From: a virus
Taxonomy: Duplodnaviria; Caudoviricetes
Length of the DNA: 32,249 nt
Virus record (IMG/VR): IMGVR_UViG_3300049441_000045
Coordinates: 1-32,249 of that record
Strand: one strand, 5' to 3'
Part shown: positions 24,518 to 32,249 of the stretch, in pieces
Layout: every line of letters starts with the position of its first letter
Numbering within the stretch: position 1 is the stretch's first letter
The notes under the pieces: generated by a model
The model's database searches: none
What the model was told of the DNA's origin: nothing
What the model saw: the letters and a program-made list of their open reading frames with translations, nothing else
Position numbers and translations under genes: made by a program

Positions 24518-27500
24518 TCATGCCTGCGCCAGCAGGGCGATGTGATCCGCCGCCCACCGGGCGACGATCAGCGGGTTGGTCGCGGCGGCGTGCACGGTGA
24601 TCGGCGCGTTGATGTGCACCTCCCGGCCCGGGGCGCGGGCCGGAGTGGTGCCACCGCGGCCGGCCAGGACCTGCTGGTCGGCGAGGATGCGCAGCAGCCC
24701 GGACTCCTGCGCGAGCTGAGCGGCCCGCCGCGGCCGGGTCAGGGGGATGACCACCTCGGGGCCCGCCTCGCCGATCTCCGCGACGATCCGGTGGGTGATG
24801 ATCCCGCCGTGGGCCAGGCGGGGGATCTGCGGGGGTGACCCGGCGAAGTCGGGCCAGACCGACGCGATCCCGGAGTTCAGCCGGTCGATGATGTAGTTCA
24901 CCCCACTCTTGATCCCGGACACGATCGCCGACGCCACATCCCCGGCGAACCCCCCGACCTGGGACAACCCGTCGAACAGGCTGGCGATCAGGCGCCGGCC
25001 CGCGTCGAGCATCTGCCCGGCGAACGCGGCGATCCGGCCCGGGGCCGACGCGATCGCCCCGACCACTTTGTTGATCCCGTCGAGGACGAAACGTTGCGCG
25101 GCGGCCCACGCGTCGCGGAAAAACCCGCCGATGATGCCGGGCAGGGCGGCCAGGAACCCGGCGATCTGGCCGGGCAGCGCGGACAGGAACCCCAGGATGG
25201 CCCGCCCGGCGCCGAGGGTGGCGTTCACCGCCCCGGTCCAGGCGGAGGTGAACAGCCCGATCAGCAGCCCACCGAGCGCGGCGAGCGCGGCCAGCACCCG
25301 GCCGGGCAGCTCGAACACCACGAACATGATCAGGTCGACGTAGAAGTGGAACACCGCGACGGCCAGGTTCCAGGCGGCGGTGAACAGCCCGACGAGCATC
25401 TCCCCGAGCGCGGCGAGCCCCGACAAGATCAAACCGGGCAGCTCGAAGATCACGAACAGGATCGCGTCGATGTAGAACCGGACCACCGCGACGGCCAGGT
25501 TCCAGGCGGCGGTGAACAGCGCGCCCAGCATGTCGCCGAGCACCATCAGCCCGTCGATGATCAGCCCGGGCAGGACGAGGATCGCGACGAGGATGAGCCC
25601 GATCCCGACACCGATGGCGGTCAACACCGCGTCGATCGCGCCGAGGAACACGTCCAGCAGCAGCCCGGGCAGCGCGGTCAGGACGTCGAGGATCTGGCCC
25701 GGCAGGGCGGCGAAGAAGTTGCCGACGGCGGACAGCGCGGAGCCGAGGAAGTTCAGCACGGCGCTCACCGCGGACATGAACAGGTCGAGCAGCAGCGATC
25801 CGAGGGAACCCAGCGCGGACCCGATCTGGCCGGGCAGGTCGGCGAAGAACCCGCCGATCGCCGACAGCGCCCCCCCGAGCCAGCCGAGGACCGCCCCGAC
25901 CACGTTCTTGATCATTTCCCAGGCGCCGATAAAGAACGCCCGGAAGCCTTCGCTGGTGTTCCAGAGGTAGATGAACGCCGCCACCAGGCCGACGACCAGG
26001 ATGATGATCAGCCCGATGGGGGAGATCGCGAACGCGATGTTGAGCAGCAGCCACGCGATCTTCACGACGGCGATGACCTTCGCCAGGGCCCCCCAGATCG
26101 CGATCCACGCGAGCAGCGGCCCGACGACCACCGACAGGGCCACCGCCATCGCCGCCAGGGCCACCAGGATCGGTTCCAGCACCGGCCACAGCGCGGTGAA
26201 CACGGCGACGAGCAGCGTCACCAGGGGGGTGGCCAGCTGCAACGCGATGACCAGCCCGCCGGCGATGAACGCGACGACCTGCCCGAGGACGGGCAGGATC
26301 GGGGCCAGGGCGCTGAGCAGGTTCCCGATCGCGGTGGCCAGCTCCCCCAACCGGGACCGCAGGGTCTCGTTCGCGAACGTCTCACTCAGCGCGGCCCCGA
26401 TCGCGACGAGGGCGGGCCCGAGACCGTTGACGACGTCGTAGAGCACCGCGATCGCGGCGACCAGCCCCGGCCCCAGCGCCACCGCGATCTGGGCGACGAT
26501 CGGGGCGATCTCCCCGAGCAGCCCGATCAGTCCCTGCAGGACCGGGCGCAGCGTCTCCGCGACCAGCCCCAGCGCCTGGAACACGGAGATCAGCGCGGCC
26601 TGGCCCTCCCCCGACGCCAGGAACTCGTTGACCAGGTGCACGACCTGCCCGAGCGCGCCGAGGACGTCACCGCCCCCGGTCGCGGCGGCCCGGAACACCG
26701 ACGCGACGATCCCGCCGACGTCGACGAGCAGCACCCCGAAGGCGTGCAGCACGACCAGGGCCTGCTCGATCCAGGCGGTGGCCTGCCCGGACTCGGAGAT
26801 CCGGGTGAGCCAGGCCCCGAACCGCTCCAGCAGCACCCCGGCGGCGTCGGAGAGCCGGCCCAGGATCGGCAGCGCCACCAGCCCCAGGTCCCGGAACCCC
26901 CCGACGACGGCGAGCAGCCCGGGTTTCACCGTTTCCACCGCGTGCGCGGTGGTCGCGAACGCGCCCCGCACCAGGTCCACCGACTTGGCCTCGCGGGCCA
27001 CCCCGGCCAGCCCGGCGCCGACCTCCCCGGCCTCGGTGGCGACCAGCACCATCCCGTCCCGGACCGGCCCGGCCAGGGTGTCGGCCAGGGAGGTCAGCTG
27101 CCCCTGCAACGGCCCGAACAGGGCGCCCTGCACCGCGTTGCGGATGTCCAGCAGCCGCGGTTTGAGGACGAACAGCTCCCGGGCCACCGACTGGGCGGCG
27201 GGCGCGAGGTGCTCGATGCTCTTGGCGAACTTGTCCGCGTCACCGGACAACGCGGCGGAGAACGCGGCACCGACCCCGGACACGGCCACGGCGAAGGTCC
27301 CGAAGAACGCCGCCCCCACCGCCAACGCCGCCGGCAACGCCAGCACGATGCCCCCGGCGGCGGACAGCGCACTGGCGAACTGGAGCAGCGGCACGATCGC
27401 CGACGCGGCCCCGGCGGCGATCGTGGAGAACAGCAGCGTCTTCCCGATCGCGGCCAGCGGCGCGAACGCCACCGACAGCGCCTTGTGGGTGAGCATGAAC

Positions 27501-27751
27501 GCGATCGCGTTCCGGAACGACTGGCCCCACGCGGTACCCGCCGCGGTGCCGCCCTTGCCGGCGTCGCGCCCGACCCGTTCCCCGACCTGTTTGCCGGTGT
27601 CGCGGGTACGGTCACGCAGCGTCCGGTCGAAGTCCTTCCCGGCCGCCGACGCGGCGGCGGTGACCTTGACCCGGACGTCGTCGTCGAACCGGGACACATC
27701 GGCGACGAGCTCGACCGCGGCCTGCGCGATCGGCCCGCCCTCGACGGCCAC
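24518..27751 (-). CDS. tail tape measure protein
   Basis: 1077-aa Ala/Gly/Leu-rich helical protein with Trp/Phe-spaced repeats; N-terminal IAQAAVELVAD; C-terminal IPRLAHGGII...GEAGPEVVIPL. Confidence 0.92.
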   Translation of the reverse strand: MAVEGGPIAQAAVELVADVSRFDDDVRVKVTAAASAAGKDFDRTLRDRTRDTGKQVGERVGRDAGKGGTAAGTAWGQSFRNAIAFMLTHKALSVAFAPLAAIGKTLLFSTIAAGAASAIVPLLQFASALSAAGGIVLALPAALAVGAAFFGTFAVAVSGVGAAFSAALSGDADKFAKSIEHLAPAAQSVARELFVLKPRLLDIRNAVQGALFGPLQGQLTSLADTLAGPVRDGMVLVATEAGEVGAGLAGVAREAKSVDLVRGAFATTAHAVETVKPGLLAVVGGFRDLGLVALPILGRLSDAAGVLLERFGAWLTRISESGQATAWIEQALVVLHAFGVLLVDVGGIVASVFRAAATGGGDVLGALGQVVHLVNEFLASGEGQAALISVFQALGLVAETLRPVLQGLIGLLGEIAPIVAQIAVALGPGLVAAIAVLYDVVNGLGPALVAIGAALSETFANETLRSRLGELATAIGNLLSALAPILPVLGQVVAFIAGGLVIALQLATPLVTLLVAVFTALWPVLEPILVALAAMAVALSVVVGPLLAWIAIWGALAKVIAVVKIAWLLLNIAFAISPIGLIIILVVGLVAAFIYLWNTSEGFRAFFIGAWEMIKNVVGAVLGWLGGALSAIGGFFADLPGQIGSALGSLGSLLLDLFMSAVSAVLNFLGSALSAVGNFFAALPGQILDVLTALPGLLLDVFLGAIDAVLTAIGVGIGLILVAILVLPGLIIDGLMVLGDMLGALFTAAWNLAVAVVRFYIDAILFVIFELPGLILSGLAALGEMLVGLFTAAWNLAVAVFHFYVDLIMFVVFELPGRVLAALAALGGLLIGLFTSAWTGAVNATLGAGRAILGFLSALPGQIAGFLAALPGIIGGFFRDAWAAAQRFVLDGINKVVGAIASAPGRIAAFAGQMLDAGRRLIASLFDGLSQVGGFAGDVASAIVSGIKSGVNYIIDRLNSGIASVWPDFAGSPPQIPRLAHGGIITHRIVAEIGEAGPEVVIPLTRPRRAAQLAQESGLLRILADQQVLAGRGGTTPARAPGREVHINAPITVHAAATNPLIVARWAADHIALLAQA

Positions 27752-27812
27752 GGCTGTTCACACCCTCTGCTGGGGTGTGCCCGGCCACGGGGGCGCCAGT
27801 CGGCACGGCGGA

Positions 27813-28463
27813 TCAGGCTCTGGTCGGGGCTGAGCCTAACGCCGCAGCCGGGCCGGAGCGCCGTCCCCGCGCGCCGCGCCCCAGCGTGCCCATCGCGGTC
27901 AGGAACGACGCCGCTTCCCGCTCGTCGTCCCAGGAAGCCGGGACCGGGTCCCGGTCGGCGCCGCTGACGGTGCGCGGCGGGGGCGGCGCCCACACCTCGG
28001 CGTCGAGGCGGGTGAGGTCGGCCTGCTCGGCGCACAACGACCGCCGCCACGCGTACACCGCGGCCACGCACCGCCCGATCGGCTGGGCCAGCGGGTCCAG
28101 CGAGGCACCCGATGCCCACCCGTCGAACAGCACCCAGTTGCCCCACGCCGCGGCCGCGAGCCGGCACGCGGCGTGGAACTCCATCCCGCACACGGCGCTG
28201 AGCACCGACTCCGCGACCCGTTCCAGGTCGTCCAGGTCGAACGGGTCGTCCTCGTCGACCAGCCGCCGGGACAACCGCCGGGCACCGTCACCAGCCAGCG
28301 CGCCGGGCACCAGCAGCAGCCAGCACCCGGGCGGTTCGTGGACCATGGCGTGCAACCAGTCCCGGGTGTCCCCCGGGGGCAGGGTGTAACTGTCGCCGTC
28401 GACGTCGAACGTGAGCGGCATCCTCGCCGGGGGTCCCAGATGGCGGTGCGCCGGGTTAGTCAC
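27813..28463 (-). CDS. tail assembly chaperone-like protein (gpT-like)
   Basis: Immediately upstream of tape measure; start overlaps the previous stop. Confidence 0.55.
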   Translation of the reverse strand: MTNPAHRHLGPPARMPLTFDVDGDSYTLPPGDTRDWLHAMVHEPPGCWLLLVPGALAGDGARRLSRRLVDEDDPFDLDDLERVAESVLSAVCGMEFHAACRLAAAAWGNWVLFDGWASGASLDPLAQPIGRCVAAVYAWRRSLCAEQADLTRLDAEVWAPPPPRTVSGADRDPVPASWDDEREAASFLTAMGTLGRGARGRRSGPAAALGSAPTRA

Positions 28464-29157
28464 GGCGCCGCGCGGCGGCCCGGCGTGCGGCCCGGTTGGT
28501 CAGCAGACCCTGCCCCCACCGTTCCATCAGTTTCATCACGATCTCGGCGATGTCCCCGAGGTCCAGGTCGTCGCGGGTGTCTTTCAGCCGGGTGGCGACC
28601 ATCAGGGCGTCCTCCCCGCTCAGCGACGCGTCGAGGAACAGCGCAATCGCCCACGCCTGCTGGCCGGGGGCGGCGCCGGTGGCCAGCGACGCGGCGGTGA
28701 ACAGCAGGATCACGTCTTTCGGGGGGTGGCACACGAACTCGAGGTCGAGCTCCTCGTGCACGATCTCCACCGGCTGCCCCGTCGACGGGGTGGGGCTGGG
28801 CTCGATCACCACCGGCGCCACGTCACCGTCGGCGGGCCAGTCACCCCAGCGGCGGGCGAGCTCGGCGACGAGCTCGATCGTCGCCGAGAGGTTCACCGGG
28901 TCGGCCCGGTCGATGACCCGCGCGAAGTACCGGTACCGGTCCTGGGCCTCCAGGGTGGAGTTCAGGAACTGGAGGATCGCCGCCGCCCGGTCGGGGCCGA
29001 CGACGTCACCGGCGGCGACCACCTGCGCGGCGAACAGCACACTGTCCTTGGGGCGCTGGACGGTGAACTCCTCACCGCAGAACGTCACCGACACGGGCTG
29101 GGCGAGGCGCTCCTTCCGGGGGGTGGTGAACGTCAGTCTGTCCGGCGGCGGCGCCAT
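28456..29157 (-). CDS. tail assembly chaperone-like protein (gpG-like) with internal domain duplication
   Basis: Two copies of EF....PKD..L....FL...L.......R..D..D...L.......L..RWG; AGGAG RBS. Confidence 0.65.
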   Translation of the reverse strand: MAPPPDRLTFTTPRKERLAQPVSVTFCGEEFTVQRPKDSVLFAAQVVAAGDVVGPDRAAAILQFLNSTLEAQDRYRYFARVIDRADPVNLSATIELVAELARRWGDWPADGDVAPVVIEPSPTPSTGQPVEIVHEELDLEFVCHPPKDVILLFTAASLATGAAPGQQAWAIALFLDASLSGEDALMVATRLKDTRDDLDLGDIAEIVMKLMERWGQGLLTNRAARRAAARRRD

Positions 29158-29305
29158 GAGGGCTCTCCTGGTGGGCAGGGTGGGGCGGCACCAGCGGCCA
29201 CCTCCCGCCAGACCTGGAGATCACCGGCATGGTAACCAGCCCAGCGCCGGCCGGACGCGACGCGAGGACCCCGGGGCTGCGCGCGACCGGCCGTAAGGTA
29301 CGGCC

Positions 29306-29764
29306 ATGACCACGGCGGACATCCTGGCGGGACTCCGAGTCGACGACCCTCGGTGCGCGCGGCTGCTGGCCCATATCGCGGAGAACTGGAGGTGGCGGGA
29401 AGCCGTCTACGTCCAGCACCACACCTCGGCGGCACTCTTCGCCGGCGCCGACACCAGGTTCATCGACCACCTGGAAGGGGAGGCGCAGCGGACGTTGAAC
29501 GCGGGCGTCACCGACCTGCTGGTTCTGAGCCGTGCCCTCACCTGGTGGGAGGTCCCGCCCTGGTCCGCGTCGCGGACCGAGCCCGGTGGGCCCGACCAGC
29601 AGGACTGGCGCCTGCTGGAACGTGGCCAGCTCCCGACCCGAGCCCAGGAGCTGGTCGCCGCCGGCACTGAGGTGGGGTCATTCATGGTCCGGGCGGAGGC
29701 GCTGACGCTGCCCCCGTTCGTGTCCGACGTGGGGCTGATGGCGGCCGGGGCCGCCGGGTCGTGA
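29306..29764 (+). CDS. hypothetical protein
   Basis: 152-aa ORF; palindrome GGCCGTA-AGG-TACGGCC directly before the ATG. Confidence 0.6.
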   Translation: MTTADILAGLRVDDPRCARLLAHIAENWRWREAVYVQHHTSAALFAGADTRFIDHLEGEAQRTLNAGVTDLLVLSRALTWWEVPPWSASRTEPGGPDQQDWRLLERGQLPTRAQELVAAGTEVGSFMVRAEALTLPPFVSDVGLMAAGAAGS

Positions 29765-30104
29765 GGTGCCAGGCGCCCAGCGCGCCGACCAGCACCCGCA
29801 CCAGCAGCCCCGACAGCACCCGGCCCACGGTGGGCGGCGGCAGCGGCGGGCACCGCCCGGGATGCAGAACCACGGCCACCGCCCGCTCGGCGACGTCGAC
29901 GGCGCAGGGCAGCCGGGTCACGCAGCCGGGGCAGGTCCCGCACGGCCCCGGGCCGGCCACCAGGACCAGCGGGGCGGGCAGCGGCAGCACCCACCGGGGC
30001 ATGGCCCGGCCCGGCCCGGCGCGGGCCGCGTGCGCGGCGCTCACGGCACCGGACGCGGCGAGCAGCGACGCGGTGAGCCGCTCACGCCGGTCGACCACGG
30101 TCAC
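29682..30104 (-). CDS. hypothetical protein with CxxCxxC...C motif
   Basis: GTGA-coupled to the upstream ORF; CGTCPGCVTRLPC; 3' end overlaps the convergent gene. Confidence 0.4.
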   Translation of the reverse strand: MTVVDRRERLTASLLAASGAVSAAHAARAGPGRAMPRWVLPLPAPLVLVAGPGPCGTCPGCVTRLPCAVDVAERAVAVVLHPGRCPPLPPPTVGRVLSGLLVRVLVGALGAWHLTTRRPRPPSAPRRTRTGAASAPPPGP

Positions 30105-30436
30105 GGCGACATCTGCGCGACGGTGATCGCGCCGTTCGCCCACCCGCGCAGACGGTCCACCCGGCCCCAGATCCAGGCCATGTAGCCACCGACGTCGGCG
30201 GTGAATCCGACCGCGATGATCTCGGCCTGGGCAGAGACGTGCAGGGAGGTCACGTCGAGGGACCGGGCCCAGGCAAGCAGCCCGGCGGCCGCGTCCTCAG
30301 TCCCGGGTTCGACCTCCACATGGTGCAGGGTTCGCCCGATCTGGCATGACACCTGCGCCAGGTCGGGGTGGGCTCGCCGGTGCTCGGCCACCGCCGAGAC
30401 GAACCCGTCCGGGCTGGTCTCGGCGGGCTCAGGCAT
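30101..30436 (-). CDS. hypothetical protein in the par operon
   Basis: 111-aa ORF overlapping the stop of the RHH gene. Confidence 0.6.
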   Translation of the reverse strand: MPEPAETSPDGFVSAVAEHRRAHPDLAQVSCQIGRTLHHVEVEPGTEDAAAGLLAWARSLDVTSLHVSAQAEIIAVGFTADVGGYMAWIWGRVDRLRGWANGAITVAQMSP

Positions 30437-30815
30437 CGTCCCCGCCGTCCTGCAGGGGCCTGCGGTCCACGTCGACCTGATGCTTGTTCCGAAGGTAGTC
30501 GACCAGGGCGGTTTCCACGATGTCCTGGATGTCGACGTCGAGCTGGGCGGCCAGTTGCCGGATCGCGCGGCGCAGCTTCACCGTCATGTTGCAGTTGAAC
30601 GACACCATTTCATCGGGACCCAGCGCCAAGCGACGACGGCGCCGGGACCGGGTCTGCACCACCGGGGACGCGTCAGCTCCCAGCCGCGGTGCGGGCGCAG
30701 GCTGGCGGGGGATCCCACCGGTCAGTTCCGGCGCCGGTTCGGTATCGCTCCGCCAGGCGGGGTGGGTGGACGCCGCGGCCAGGGGGCTCGGTTTGCGGTC
30801 GCCGGTGGCGGTCAT
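30429..30815 (-). CDS. ribbon-helix-helix centromere-binding protein (type Ib ParG-like partner)
   Basis: Disordered N-terminus then VSFNCNMTVKLRRAIRQLAAQLDVDIQDIVETALVDYL (strand-helix-helix); ATGA-coupled to parA. Confidence 0.75.
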   Translation of the reverse strand: MTATGDRKPSPLAAASTHPAWRSDTEPAPELTGGIPRQPAPAPRLGADASPVVQTRSRRRRRLALGPDEMVSFNCNMTVKLRRAIRQLAAQLDVDIQDIVETALVDYLRNKHQVDVDRRPLQDGGDDA

Positions 30816-31606
30816 GCCGCCGCCGGCTCACGGCTCAGCAGGCGGGTCACGACCCGGCCGTAGGTCTCCCCCAGCACCCGCAGCCGCGGCTCCGTCGACT
30901 GGTCGAGGCGGACGCCACGGTTGATCGTGGTCTTCACGCTGGCCCACAGCGGGATGGTGTCCTCCAGCAGCGGGGCCTCGGGGAAGTACTCCGCGATCTC
31001 GGCGAGCTTCGCGTTCTCGTCTTTCGTACCGCGCCACTTGGAGATCAGGATTCCGGCGTAGCCCAGCCCTGAGTTGTCGTACTGGCGCACCCCGTCGATG
31101 GTGGTGCGCAGCTCCACCAACCCGGTCTCCGACCAGCGGTCGGCCTCCATCACCACCAGCACCAGGTGTGCGGCGGTCAACGCGTTGAGCAGCAACGTCC
31201 CCAATGCCGGGGCGTTGTCGATCAACACCAAATCGTAGTCGTCGGCGACGGGGCGCAGGGCCTCGACGAGCCGGTGGCAGCGTCCCCGCTGGGACACGCT
31301 GATCAGGTCCGAGGCGGTGGTCAGCGCCTCGGTGCTGGTCACCGGGGCGAGCCAGACACCCTCCCAGATCCCGGGCACGATCACCTCGCGGATCGGAACC
31401 GGGTTGCTCGGCTTGATCGCGTCGGCGATCGACCACGTGCGACCCAGGGTGTCCGCCAGGGAGTCGGTGGTGTTGCCCTGCGGGTCCAGGTCGACCACCA
31501 GCACCCGGCGGCCCTGCGCGGAGGCGGCGCCGGCGAGGTTGATCGTCGTGGTGGTCTTCCCGACGCCCCCCTTTTGCATCGCTGTGGCGACCACTGTCGC
31601 GGTCAT
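30812..31606 (-). CDS. parA: ParA-family partition ATPase
   Basis: Deviant Walker A KGGVGKTT, VLVVDLDPQGN, YDLVLIDNAP; no N-terminal HTH (type Ib). Confidence 0.93.
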   Translation of the reverse strand: MTATVVATAMQKGGVGKTTTTINLAGAASAQGRRVLVVDLDPQGNTTDSLADTLGRTWSIADAIKPSNPVPIREVIVPGIWEGVWLAPVTSTEALTTASDLISVSQRGRCHRLVEALRPVADDYDLVLIDNAPALGTLLLNALTAAHLVLVVMEADRWSETGLVELRTTIDGVRQYDNSGLGYAGILISKWRGTKDENAKLAEIAEYFPEAPLLEDTIPLWASVKTTINRGVRLDQSTEPRLRVLGETYGRVVTRLLSREPAAA

Positions 31607-31619
31607 GGAGAAACCCCTC

Positions 31620-31790
31620 TCAGCGTGTGTGCCCTGACACGTCAACATCAGATTACCACTGTGGATGTGTCAGTGCTGTGACGTGTCGGTGCTGTCGCGC
31701 GCTCACGCTGACCGGCTGACCAAGTGTCGGTGTCTCTCCCCTATCACGGATCAGCTCTGACGCACTGTGACGTTTACGTGCGTACACGGT
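31620..31790. repeat. degenerate short repeats upstream of parA (candidate parS/operator)
   Basis: Recurrent TGAC / GTGTC(A/G)GTG units, e.g. gtgtcagtgctgtg-acgtgtcggtgctgtc and gtgtcggtgtc. Confidence 0.5.
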
Positions 31791-31859
31791 TCAGCGTTGT
31801 GGAGCTAACAGCCAACAACGCCGAGACGCCGACACGCATACCTACTGACACGCTTGATC

Positions 31860-32132
31860 TGGTGAAGCGTTGAGGCGCTGATCTGGCTGTGCCTGCTCAG
31901 AGCGTCATTTTGGCACTCACCTGCCATTTGCTCATCGGCGCTGATCCGCTTCTACGTCTCAAGGTGTCCACAGTCTAGCGTAGTGACGCTGTAGCGCTGA
32001 GCAGTTGATCCGCTAATCGGTGACAACGCATACACGTCGATCCGCGTACCTCCTGAACTGGTGTCCGTGCTGACAGGCTCACACGCCCATGTGGTGAAGC
32101 GCTGAGGCGCTGATCTGGCTATGCCTGGTCAG
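31860..32132. repeat. 41-bp direct repeat, two copies 232 bp apart
   Basis: tggtgaagcg(t/c)tgaggcgctgatctggct(g/a)tgcctg(c/g)tcag at 31860-31900 and 32092-32132, 38/41 identical. Confidence 0.85.
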
Positions 32133-32169
32133 GGGATTGTTTGGACCGGGGGCTGCCACCTCAACGGGG

Positions 32170-32197
32170 GCCGGGCCCCCCCTGGATGGGGCCCGGC
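32170..32197. other. GC-rich hairpin
   Basis: GCCGGGCCCC-N8-GGGGCCCGGC, 10-bp perfect stem. Confidence 0.55.
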
Positions 32198-32249
32198 GAA
32201 CCCCAATGGGTGGGAGCACGTAGACGAGAGCGCCACCAGCTCCGCGTGG

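Noticed and set aside
25094-27967. 957-aa plus-strand ORF and many other long overlapping ORFs (e.g. 1645-2763, 3690-4955, 7111-8340, 19650-21650)
   Set aside because: Antisense or off-frame shadows of well-supported genes; stop-codon scarcity in high-GC DNA; Arg/Pro/Gly-rich with no motifs
28440-28520. Programmed -1 frameshift between the two tail chaperone genes
   Set aside because: No X-XXY-YYZ slippery heptamer found by eye near the end of the first ORF; the second has its own overlapping GTG

Overview
Very GC-rich, actinobacterial-type DNA that reads as a phage-plasmid or cryptic phage-derived plasmid segment. It carries a type Ib partition module (ParA plus a ribbon-helix-helix partner) beside a repeat-rich noncoding region. 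The siphovirus-like tail operon runs: two chaperones, tape measure, Dit/hub-like proteins, a degenerate GDPD-like receptor-binding protein and an HNH nuclease. The packaging operon has TerS, a terminase split into separate ATPase and nuclease genes, and a portal interrupted by an intein. A tyrosine recombinase is followed by a symmetric 4x GATTAATC array, and there is a block of small accessory genes. No capsid, major tail or lysis genes are visible in this window. Two RNA elements stand out. One is a non-canonical tRNA-Gly(UCC) heading an operon with a Dam-like/GNAT-like fusion and a ParB-like gene, a candidate tRNA-dependent DNA hypermodification system. The other is a ~152-nt tRNA-like RNA with an intact acceptor/D/T elbow but four hairpins in its centre. 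All protein assignments come from motif recognition by eye, not from database searches.
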